Assembly: GCA_963977015.1 (NCBI GenBank)
Contig: CAXBMO010000001.1
Location: 512,001-576,000, forward strand
Direction: 5' to 3'
Length of the DNA: 64,000 nucleotides
Origin: an uncultured bacterium
Lineage (GTDB): Bacteria > Verrucomicrobiota > Verrucomicrobiia > Verrucomicrobiales > DEV007
In this document: in pieces, positions 1 through 7,666 of the stretch
How positions within the stretch are numbered: position 1 is the stretch's first letter
Layout of the letters: each line of letters begins with the position of its first letter
The notes under the pieces: generated by a model
Told to the model about the DNA's origin: nothing
What the model saw: the letters and a program-made list of their open reading frames with translations, nothing else
Database searches by the model: none
Program-made: the position numbers and the translations under genes

Positions 1-123
1 AATGGTGGTGCCGATCGAGACAAGGCAGGCCGCGATCGAAAACGCCAGCACGATCAGGCCCCAAAATATCCAGCCGCCCTCGCGCGAGAGTTTGAAGAAT
101 TCAGCGATCAGTTCTGCCCACAT
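1..123 (-). CDS. MotA/TolQ/ExbB family protein, N-terminal part (runs off window)
   Basis: Manual translation MWAELIAEFFKLSREGGWIFWGLIVLAFSIAACLVSIGTTI has the GGW + TM start typical of ExbB; it lies directly downstream of another ExbB-family gene. Confidence 0.6.
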   Translation of the reverse strand, partial: MWAELIAEFFKLSREGGWIFWGLIVLAFSIAACLVSIGTTI

Positions 124-142
124 TGGAGGATTCCCATTTTCG

Positions 143-1555
143 TTAAGCGGTTTTTCCGGAGGGTTTCACTCCGTTGAGAAACGCGATGCTGGTTAGCTCC
201 ATGGTGGAGCGGATGCCGGAAGTTTTCCGGGAAAGCAGGGCATGTATGATCAGGGCCGGGATGGCGACAATCAGCCCAAACTCGGTCGTAACGAGCGCTT
301 CGGAAATGCCGCTCGCCAGCGGTTTGGCGTCGCCGGTTCCGTAGACGGTGATTTTCTGGAAGGTGTGAATCATCCCCGTCACCGTGCCGAGCAACCCGAG
401 GAGGGGCGCCGTTGCCGCCGCGATGGCGATGAACGGGAGCCCGCTGTGGAGTTTCGGGAGCAGCTCGCTGTAGCGTTGGAAGAGTTTTTCCTCGAGCGCT
501 TGACGCGGAAGCTCGGATTCATCAATTCCACAGCGCAATATCTTGGCCGCCGGATGGGCGAGGCGGGCCACGGCTTCCCGCGCTTTCTCGGCTTCCTTCG
601 CGTTCACCGCATCGATCACTTGCTGCAAGGTCGCTGACCGCAAGTCGCGGATGCGCAGAATCGCAATCCACTTGATCACCGCAGCGATGAGCGCCACCAG
701 GGCGAGAAAGAGAATGGGATAAATCCAGACGCCGCCTTTCTTCACGTGATCGAGAAGGGATTCCTCCACCTCCTCCAGCGCGATTGCCGTGCCCAGGGTG
801 GGATCAAAGGTTGGCGCGCCACTTTCTCCGGCAATGAGTTTGGCGATTTCGCGAGGAGCGGCGGTTCCCGGCAGAACTTCCGGGACGAGTTCGCGGGTGG
901 AATCGACGAGCCCGCCGAGCGATTGGTCGCTCGACAAAAACCAACCAACCGGTCCGGCTTGGACAAAGGTTCCCTCCCTCAGTTGGCCCTCGGGATCGAG
1001 CGCTTTCCCGGGAATGATCTCCGGGCCGCCGGTTTGAGCAAGGCGTGCGATGGAACGCTCCACGAGATCGATTCGCGCCTCCGTGCCCCCTTCCTCCGCC
1101 GGCGCAGCCGACTGTTTGAGCTGCTCGAGCTCCGCCTCGACCCGTGCCAGGGAAGCCGACGCTTCATAGTTTTTCCGAAAATCGAACAGCAGCCCTTCCA
1201 TGTAGGCGCGTTCATCGCGCCAAAGCTTGAGTTGCTCTTCCGCCTTCTCAAATTCATGGGTAACGGCTTCGCGAGTCGAGCGGGCGATGTCGTATTCCCG
1301 TTGCTTTCCGCGAAGTTGCGCCGCGGTGGTTTGCATCCGTTGGGCCAGTTCCGGTTTCTCGGCGGCAACGGTCTCCCGAACCTCGCGCAACTTGCTGAGT
1401 TCGGCTTCCAACTGACCTTGCAGGACGGAAGCGGCCTCGCGCAACTTGGTCGTGGCGGCATCGTCAGGATCGGCTTGGTCCTGAGAAAAAGCGGACGGGA
1501 TGGGGATGGCCAGGCAGATCGCAAGAACGAGACGGGGCATCGGTTGAGAATTCAT
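143..1555 (-). CDS. Long MotA/TolQ/ExbB proton-channel protein with N-terminal coiled coil (TtpC-like)
   Basis: Signal peptide, coiled coil, and motifs APLLGLLGTVTGMIHTF and GISEALVTTEFGLIVAIP. Start at 1555 or 1540. Confidence 0.88.
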   Translation of the reverse strand: MNSQPMPRLVLAICLAIPIPSAFSQDQADPDDAATTKLREAASVLQGQLEAELSKLREVRETVAAEKPELAQRMQTTAAQLRGKQREYDIARSTREAVTHEFEKAEEQLKLWRDERAYMEGLLFDFRKNYEASASLARVEAELEQLKQSAAPAEEGGTEARIDLVERSIARLAQTGGPEIIPGKALDPEGQLREGTFVQAGPVGWFLSSDQSLGGLVDSTRELVPEVLPGTAAPREIAKLIAGESGAPTFDPTLGTAIALEEVEESLLDHVKKGGVWIYPILFLALVALIAAVIKWIAILRIRDLRSATLQQVIDAVNAKEAEKAREAVARLAHPAAKILRCGIDESELPRQALEEKLFQRYSELLPKLHSGLPFIAIAAATAPLLGLLGTVTGMIHTFQKITVYGTGDAKPLASGISEALVTTEFGLIVAIPALIIHALLSRKTSGIRSTMELTSIAFLNGVKPSGKTA

Positions 1556-1593
1556 TTCGAGAAGAAAATGGGGAAGATCAGGGTTCGCGTTAG

Positions 1594-2442
1594 TTAGGGA
1601 CTGACGGGACGAAACGGCAGCCTCACCATTTCGGCAGGCGCCTCCCTGCGCTGGACGTTGATGGCGGAGCGAATTTTGGAGCCCAGCGAGCGATTTTGTT
1701 CCCACTTCCAGCCTTCGCCTGACGGCCAACCAATCCCGGCAACCTGACCGTTTCGATTCGCAAACCACGCCTGGGAAAGACCGAGATACATCACCTCGAT
1801 CTCCACTTCGCGACCGTCGAATTCACGAATCTCCTTCACCACCGTGATGCGATTTGAAAAGTCCTGCACCGCCGAGAGAATCGCCAAAATGTCGCGGAAA
1901 CGTTCCTGAAGTGGAGCCTGTTCGTCCGCCAATTTCAGACGACCGCTCGCCTGCTCGACCTTGTCCATAACCGGCTGAGGAAGTCTCGGCAGGGCTTGGC
2001 GCAACTGCTCCTCAAGTGCCTCGATCCGCCCCTGAAAATCTGCACGCCACGCTTTGCGCTCCGCCTCCTCCTGATTCAGGGCCTCGCGTTGTTGTTTGAC
2101 GTCCTCGACCCGCTCTTTCGCACTCGCGGTAAAGGTGTCGATCTCGGCGATCTCCTTTTCGCGGATCTCGATCAGGTCCGCGAACAAGGCGCGTTGCTCT
2201 TCCCATTGAGTGGATTCCGCGCTGATCGACCGTTTCGTGGTAAAGATTTTCTCGGAAATGGCTTCCAGCGATTTCGCGGTGACCGGAGGCTCCGTGGATT
2301 CCGCGTCCTGGGCCGACGACCATTGGACCAAGCCCGCCAACAACAGCACGCACCAAGCGGCGAAGTGAACGGGAACGGCCAAGAAACTCGGTAAGCCGGG
2401 GGATTGGTAGATTTTCAGCATGCGATCCATCAGTAATGACAT
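1594..2442 (-). CDS. DUF3450-family periplasmic coiled-coil protein
   Basis: Signal-like N-terminus, long coiled coil, then YLGL...AGIG..W.W, upstream of the long ExbB. True start is probably further downstream (2430 or 2421). Confidence 0.7.
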   Translation of the reverse strand: MSLLMDRMLKIYQSPGLPSFLAVPVHFAAWCVLLLAGLVQWSSAQDAESTEPPVTAKSLEAISEKIFTTKRSISAESTQWEEQRALFADLIEIREKEIAEIDTFTASAKERVEDVKQQREALNQEEAERKAWRADFQGRIEALEEQLRQALPRLPQPVMDKVEQASGRLKLADEQAPLQERFRDILAILSAVQDFSNRITVVKEIREFDGREVEIEVMYLGLSQAWFANRNGQVAGIGWPSGEGWKWEQNRSLGSKIRSAINVQRREAPAEMVRLPFRPVSP

Positions 2443-2459
2443 TGAGACTCATTCTCAGT
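2441..2459. promoter_or_regulatory. Fur-like box 1
   Basis: ATTGAGACTCATTCTCAGT, a 19-bp imperfect palindrome. Confidence 0.65.
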
Positions 2460-2627
2460 TAAGTCCATCCCATCCTCTCTACCCAGCTCGTTCTGTCAAT
2501 CACTGCTCACACCAAATTTTGAGTCGGACCCGCGAAGGCAATTTAGCGCCAGTGAAGACAATCCGGCGCTATTCTGGGGATGGATTAGCTGTGGGAAGGC
2601 CCATTTTGCAGGGGAAAAACGATTGCG

Positions 2628-2646
2628 ATTGAGACTCAGTATCATT
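2628..2646. promoter_or_regulatory. Fur-like box 2
   Basis: ATTGAGACTCAGTATCATT. Confidence 0.65.
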
Positions 2647-2656
2647 TTTCCTTGCA

Positions 2657-2675
2657 ATTGAGACCCAGTATCAAT
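2657..2675. promoter_or_regulatory. Fur-like box 3
   Basis: ATTGAGACCCAGTATCAAT, upstream of the TBDR. Confidence 0.7.
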
Positions 2676-2748
2676 AACGGTGCCCGGGCCGGATGCCTCC
2701 TTTGCCAATCAACGGAAGCCTCTGGGTCTGAAACACTGTGAAACGCTC

Positions 2749-4989
2749 ATGAAAAAGTTACTTCAAATTGCCCAACGAGCTGCGCTATCCCTAGCCTTTG
2801 CCCTTCCTTTCGCCGTTCAGGCGCAGGATCAGCTCGATACAACCACGGTCACGGGGGCATCCAGCCCTCCGCCCGTTCGAACTCCACAACCTGCGCCCAC
2901 GCCGCCCCCGGTGGTCGAGCCCACTTTGCCGCCCGAGCCAGCTCCTCCGATCGATATCGTCAATGAGGTCAGCGCTCTCAAGACGGGAACGCCTCTTCTC
3001 GATATTCCGCGCAGTTTGACCGTTTTTTCCGACGAACGGATTGAAGAACAAGGGATCACCAGCCTGGGCGAGATTATCGACTACACTCCTGGTGTGAATA
3101 CCACGCAGGGTGAGGGACACCGCGACGCGATCGTCTTCCGCGGAGTTCGTTCAACCGCTGATTTCTACGTCGATGGAGTGCGCGATGATGTTCAATACTA
3201 CCGCCCGCTCTACAACGTCGAGCGCGTTGAGATCCTGCGCGGTCCCAGCGCTCTCCACTTTGGACGTGGCGGCACCGGCGGGGTTTTGAACCGGGTGATG
3301 AAGAAGCCCGTCATTGGCGAAGAGTTTGGCGCCTACCAAATTTCCGGCGACACGTTTGGAGCGGCACTCGGCGAGTTTGACTACAACCAATCACTCTACC
3401 GGGAAGGGAGTTCGATCGGCGAAGGCGGCAAGGCGATTGTCACCCCGGAACCTTGGGCCGCGTTTCGGGTCAACGCCTTTGCGGAGTATCTCAACAACCA
3501 TCGCGACTTCTTTGAGGGCGAGCGATTTGGCGTGAATCCAACCGTTGCTTTCGACCTCGGTCCCGACACCAGACTCGACATCTCCTACGAGTGGAATGAC
3601 CACGAACGCTTCATCGATCGCGGAATCCCCACCGGCCCGAACGGGCGCCCGGTCTCCGCGCTCAACGGCGTGGTCTTTGGTGATCCAGATCAGAACGTTT
3701 CCTCGCTGGAATCGCACTTGGCGCGCATCGATCTGAACCACCGTTTCTCCGACACCTGGAAAGGTCGCGTGACCGCGTTTTATGGTGACTACGACAAGAG
3801 CTTTCAGAACTTCTATGCTTCCGACTACAATCAGGCCGCGAACGAAGTCACGATTGATGGTTACGTTGACCACACCAAACGTAGCAACCTGGTCTTTTCC
3901 GGAGATTTGATCGGCGAATTCGACACCTTCAATATTGGCCACAAGGTCATTGTGGGTGGTGAATACATTGACACCTCATCCGACCAAAACCGTTTCAACT
4001 CATTCTGGGACACGAGCCAGGCTGACACCGAAGTCTTCACCGCGTCTAACTTCCGCCTGAATGGAGGAAGCGCCATCAATACGGCAGGTCAGCGCGCAAC
4101 CAATAGCTTCAGCACGGATCTGGCTGACGATACACGCGTGGGCGTTGAAACGGTCTCCGCTTACGTTCAGGATGAAATTGCGTTGCACCGCATGCTGGAT
4201 CTCGTTGTCGGCGCCCGCTACGATCGCTTTGATATCGACGTTTTGAATGCCGCGAACGGTGAGCGCAGATCGCGGACGGACGAGGAAATCTCCCCACGCC
4301 TCGGCGTCATCGTCAAGCCCTGGGAGGAAGTCTCCCTCTACAGTAGCTATAGCGAATCGTTCCTCCCGCGCAGTGGCGAGCAATTCGCAAACATCAACGG
4401 CGATAACAACGCCCTTGACCCTAACACCTACTCCAACCTGGAATATGGCATCAAGTGGGACATCAAACCGGATTTGAGCCTCACGCTCGCCTATTTCCAG
4501 GGCGAGGAGAGTTCCCCTCAAGTGTCAGACGGCGATTCCAGCACCCTTGATATCATCGACACCGAGACTTCCGGTTTCGAAGCGCAATTGGTCGGTAAAG
4601 TTACCGATTGGTGGTACATTGCTCCTGGTTACACTTACCTCGACAGTGAGCAAGTCGACAGCGGTGGCCCAACCGGACTTCGAGCCCGCGAATTGCCGGA
4701 GCATTCGGCTTCCATCTGGAACCGGTTCCGAATCAACGATCGCCTCGGCTTCGGTCTCGGTGCCGTTTATCAGGATGAAAGCTTCATCGATAACGGCAAC
4801 ACCGCTGTGCTGCCAAGCTATACGCGTCTCGATGCGGCAATCTACTATCAGTTGTCGGAGAGACTCCTCTTGCAGGTCAATTTCGAGAACCTGACCGACA
4901 AGGAATACTACCCGAATTCGCATAGCAACCATCAGGTCACGGTTGGTCGACCATTCAACGCTGCTATCTCCATCAAGGGAACCTTCTAA
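2749..4989 (+). CDS. TonB-dependent siderophore receptor (Fiu-like)
   Basis: Signal peptide, TonB-box-like LDTTTVTG, plug motifs (DIPRSLTV, YVDGVRD, ERVEILRGP), NFENLTDKEY, and a terminal Phe. Confidence 0.93.
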   Translation: MKKLLQIAQRAALSLAFALPFAVQAQDQLDTTTVTGASSPPPVRTPQPAPTPPPVVEPTLPPEPAPPIDIVNEVSALKTGTPLLDIPRSLTVFSDERIEEQGITSLGEIIDYTPGVNTTQGEGHRDAIVFRGVRSTADFYVDGVRDDVQYYRPLYNVERVEILRGPSALHFGRGGTGGVLNRVMKKPVIGEEFGAYQISGDTFGAALGEFDYNQSLYREGSSIGEGGKAIVTPEPWAAFRVNAFAEYLNNHRDFFEGERFGVNPTVAFDLGPDTRLDISYEWNDHERFIDRGIPTGPNGRPVSALNGVVFGDPDQNVSSLESHLARIDLNHRFSDTWKGRVTAFYGDYDKSFQNFYASDYNQAANEVTIDGYVDHTKRSNLVFSGDLIGEFDTFNIGHKVIVGGEYIDTSSDQNRFNSFWDTSQADTEVFTASNFRLNGGSAINTAGQRATNSFSTDLADDTRVGVETVSAYVQDEIALHRMLDLVVGARYDRFDIDVLNAANGERRSRTDEEISPRLGVIVKPWEEVSLYSSYSESFLPRSGEQFANINGDNNALDPNTYSNLEYGIKWDIKPDLSLTLAYFQGEESSPQVSDGDSSTLDIIDTETSGFEAQLVGKVTDWWYIAPGYTYLDSEQVDSGGPTGLRARELPEHSASIWNRFRINDRLGFGLGAVYQDESFIDNGNTAVLPSYTRLDAAIYYQLSERLLLQVNFENLTDKEYYPNSHSNHQVTVGRPFNAAISIKGTF

Positions 4990-5033
4990 ACGATTCTTAC
5001 TCGTTGTTTACGGGATATTTCATCCAATATCCG

Positions 5034-5064
5034 GGGCCTGCTAAATCTTTAGCAGGCCCTTTTT
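5034..5064 (+). terminator. Rho-independent terminator
   Basis: GGGCCTGCTAAA-TC-TTTAGCAGGCCC followed by TTTTT, just after the TBDR stop. Confidence 0.85.
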
Positions 5065-5146
5065 CGTTTCAGCCTGCTTGGAACCCCGGCAATTCAGTCA
5101 CAGATTTCCGCTTTCCTAACCGTGCCACGATGCCTAGTCTCCGACC

Positions 5147-7666
5147 ATGAGTGAGCCTATCACTGTCCGCTCCAAGCCTGGATTGATGCGGCGAATTGCT
5201 GCGAAAATCTTTGGATACGATTATTTCATCGCCTACGCCCATGCCGACGGGAAACCGTATGCGGTGGAACTGGAGAAGGCGTTGGGGGATGACTGGGATT
5301 GTTTTCTGGATGTGTCCGATTTTCTACCGGGCGATGAACTTTCCAGCGAGGACGTTTTTGCCTTGAAGAAGACGCAATGCCTCATCTTCCTGGCAACGCC
5401 GGCGGCCTTTGAATCCAAGTGGGTTCAGTTTGAACTCGATACCTTTCACAAGACGAAACGCCGGGTCATTCCGATCGATTTCGGAGGGCGATTGGCGGCG
5501 GGCAAAGGCAAAGACCTGCGCTTCCCGTTCGAAGACACCATCTGGATTGATGAAGCGGAGGGAGCCTGGGAGAGCGGTCCAAGCGATGCCGTCGTGCAAC
5601 AGGTGCGCAAGTCGTTCACCGGAACCCGGATGATCAAGAAGCGGATCCGGACGCTGCGGTTTACCCTGGCCATGTTTGTGATTCTATCGCTCGTCGCAGC
5701 TTATTTCGCGATTGAGTCCAGCTTTCAGCGCGACAAGTCGGACAAGCATTTGGCTCAGGCGCAATTGGCGCTGGGAACCGCTCGGCTGGAGCAGGGGCGG
5801 CGGGTTGAGGCGGCTTCGCGTTTTTGGAGTGCCTACGATGTCGAATCCGCGCGAAATCCGCTTGGGAAAGCGGTGGGGAAGCGACTTGCGAATTTGAAGA
5901 TCCCGCTGCCGGGAGGAGAGGGGAGTCATCGTTGGCTGGTGATTGGCGAAGAGCCGACGCTGGTTCCGGAAGCTCTCAATCTCCTGGCGAAAGCGAGCAC
6001 CTTCAGCCCTCCGTTGTTGCACGATGGCTTCGTCAGTTCGGTCGCGTTTTCGCCAGACGGAAAGAGGATCGCTTGCGGCAGCGAGGATGGTTCGGTACGC
6101 TTTTGGGACACGGAAAGTGGCCGGTTGGAGGAGCGGATCTTGACCGTTGGTGCGGATGAAAACGCGGTGATGGCGCTCGATTTCGATCGCTCCGGCGAGA
6201 AAATCGCCGTGGCCAAGGGGAATTCGGCCGTCATTGTGGCTTCGGCCTCGTTTGACCAGATCGGGAGCAAGCTCACTCATGCCGAGCCGATTCGATGGGT
6301 TGAATTCAGTCCGACTGGAGAGTTGGCTTTGACGGCCAGCGAAGACACGACCGCGAAACTTTGGGACGTTGCGACTGGCGACTTGCTCCACACCTTTTCG
6401 CACGAACACGAGGTGCATTGTGCCCGTTTTACGCCGGATGGTCAGTTGGCGGCGACCGTTGGGCTGGATCAGAAGTTGAAGCTTTGGGAAGTTCAGTCGG
6501 GCCGAAATCTGGGCAACCGCGAATTGGAGAATCGGCCCCATGGCATTGCGATTTCCCCCGACGGAAAACAGGTGGCCACGGTTGGTGTCGAGATGCCGGC
6601 GCAAGTTTGGGACTTCCAATCCGGGAACCTCCTTTTTGAACTCGATTCCCGGAGCCGGGCGATCCATGCCGTCGAATTCAGTCCCGACGGTCGATTCCTG
6701 GTCACAGGATCATGGGAAGGCCGGGCGCAGGTGTGGGACGCCAAAACCGGCGAAGCGGTGGGAGATGAGGTGAACCACGCCGCACCGATTTTTGCGGTCG
6801 AATTTGATCCGGGCAGCCAACGAATTGGAACCGGAAGTGAAGACGGAAGCGCACGGGTTTGGGAACTGAGCGGGCTCCGTATGGATCCACTTCTCTTGGA
6901 GCATGGACGGATGATCAATTTTGCGGCCTACAGTCCGGATGGCACTCAGGTTGCCGTTGCCGACGCGGGCGGGATGGTTTTCGTCTGGAATTGGGCAAGT
7001 GGCCGAATTCGGGCCGCCTTCGAGCATCCGGTCTCCGTCGAGAGTCTCGGCTGGAGTCGCGATGGGAACTGCCTTCGCACGACGGACAACGACAACAGGA
7101 AACGGGTCTGGAGTCTCGAAACGCGTCTCGAGGTGAACGTGGAACCGGAGGTTGATTGGCTGGCGGCGCCTGCGCGAGCTGGTCGCGACTTTGAGGACGT
7201 TGAGACGATTGAACTCGAAAGCGGTGCCAGGATCGAGCACGATGAAGAAATCGCCTGGTTTGCCTACAGTGATGATGGCGCGCGTATAGTCACCGCGAGT
7301 CGAGATCGAACGGTAGGCATCTGGTCTGCTGTGACCGGCGAGCCATTGGTTGCCCCGCTGGAGCATCCGGCTGAGGTCGTTTGGGCTGGGTTCAGCCCGG
7401 ATGGTCGACATATCGCGACGGGATGTGCGGACGGTTTCTTTCGAGTCTGGCCGGCACCTGCCCTTCCCGGCCAGGCCAACGCGGAGGATCCTGAATGGCT
7501 TCAGCTCTCGGTCGAAGTTCGCACGGGACAGCGATTCGACGACAGGACGGGACAGTTGGTTCCTCTTGACGCTGAATCATGGTGGACTCGTCGGAATCAG
7601 ATTGACGAACAGTATGGAGGGAAGTTTTCGGACCGCTCGCGAAGCGCCGGTCCGGAGCAACCTTAG
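5147..7666 (+). CDS. TIR domain - transmembrane helix - WD40 beta-propeller protein
   Basis: N-terminal YDYFIAYAHAD...CFLD...SKWVQFEL (TIR_2 pattern), hydrophobic FTLAMFVILSLVAAYFAI, then many H..V..VAFSPDG...GS.DG..R.WD repeats. Confidence 0.88.
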   Translation: MSEPITVRSKPGLMRRIAAKIFGYDYFIAYAHADGKPYAVELEKALGDDWDCFLDVSDFLPGDELSSEDVFALKKTQCLIFLATPAAFESKWVQFELDTFHKTKRRVIPIDFGGRLAAGKGKDLRFPFEDTIWIDEAEGAWESGPSDAVVQQVRKSFTGTRMIKKRIRTLRFTLAMFVILSLVAAYFAIESSFQRDKSDKHLAQAQLALGTARLEQGRRVEAASRFWSAYDVESARNPLGKAVGKRLANLKIPLPGGEGSHRWLVIGEEPTLVPEALNLLAKASTFSPPLLHDGFVSSVAFSPDGKRIACGSEDGSVRFWDTESGRLEERILTVGADENAVMALDFDRSGEKIAVAKGNSAVIVASASFDQIGSKLTHAEPIRWVEFSPTGELALTASEDTTAKLWDVATGDLLHTFSHEHEVHCARFTPDGQLAATVGLDQKLKLWEVQSGRNLGNRELENRPHGIAISPDGKQVATVGVEMPAQVWDFQSGNLLFELDSRSRAIHAVEFSPDGRFLVTGSWEGRAQVWDAKTGEAVGDEVNHAAPIFAVEFDPGSQRIGTGSEDGSARVWELSGLRMDPLLLEHGRMINFAAYSPDGTQVAVADAGGMVFVWNWASGRIRAAFEHPVSVESLGWSRDGNCLRTTDNDNRKRVWSLETRLEVNVEPEVDWLAAPARAGRDFEDVETIELESGARIEHDEEIAWFAYSDDGARIVTASRDRTVGIWSAVTGEPLVAPLEHPAEVVWAGFSPDGRHIATGCADGFFRVWPAPALPGQANAEDPEWLQLSVEVRTGQRFDDRTGQLVPLDAESWWTRRNQIDEQYGGKFSDRSRSAGPEQP

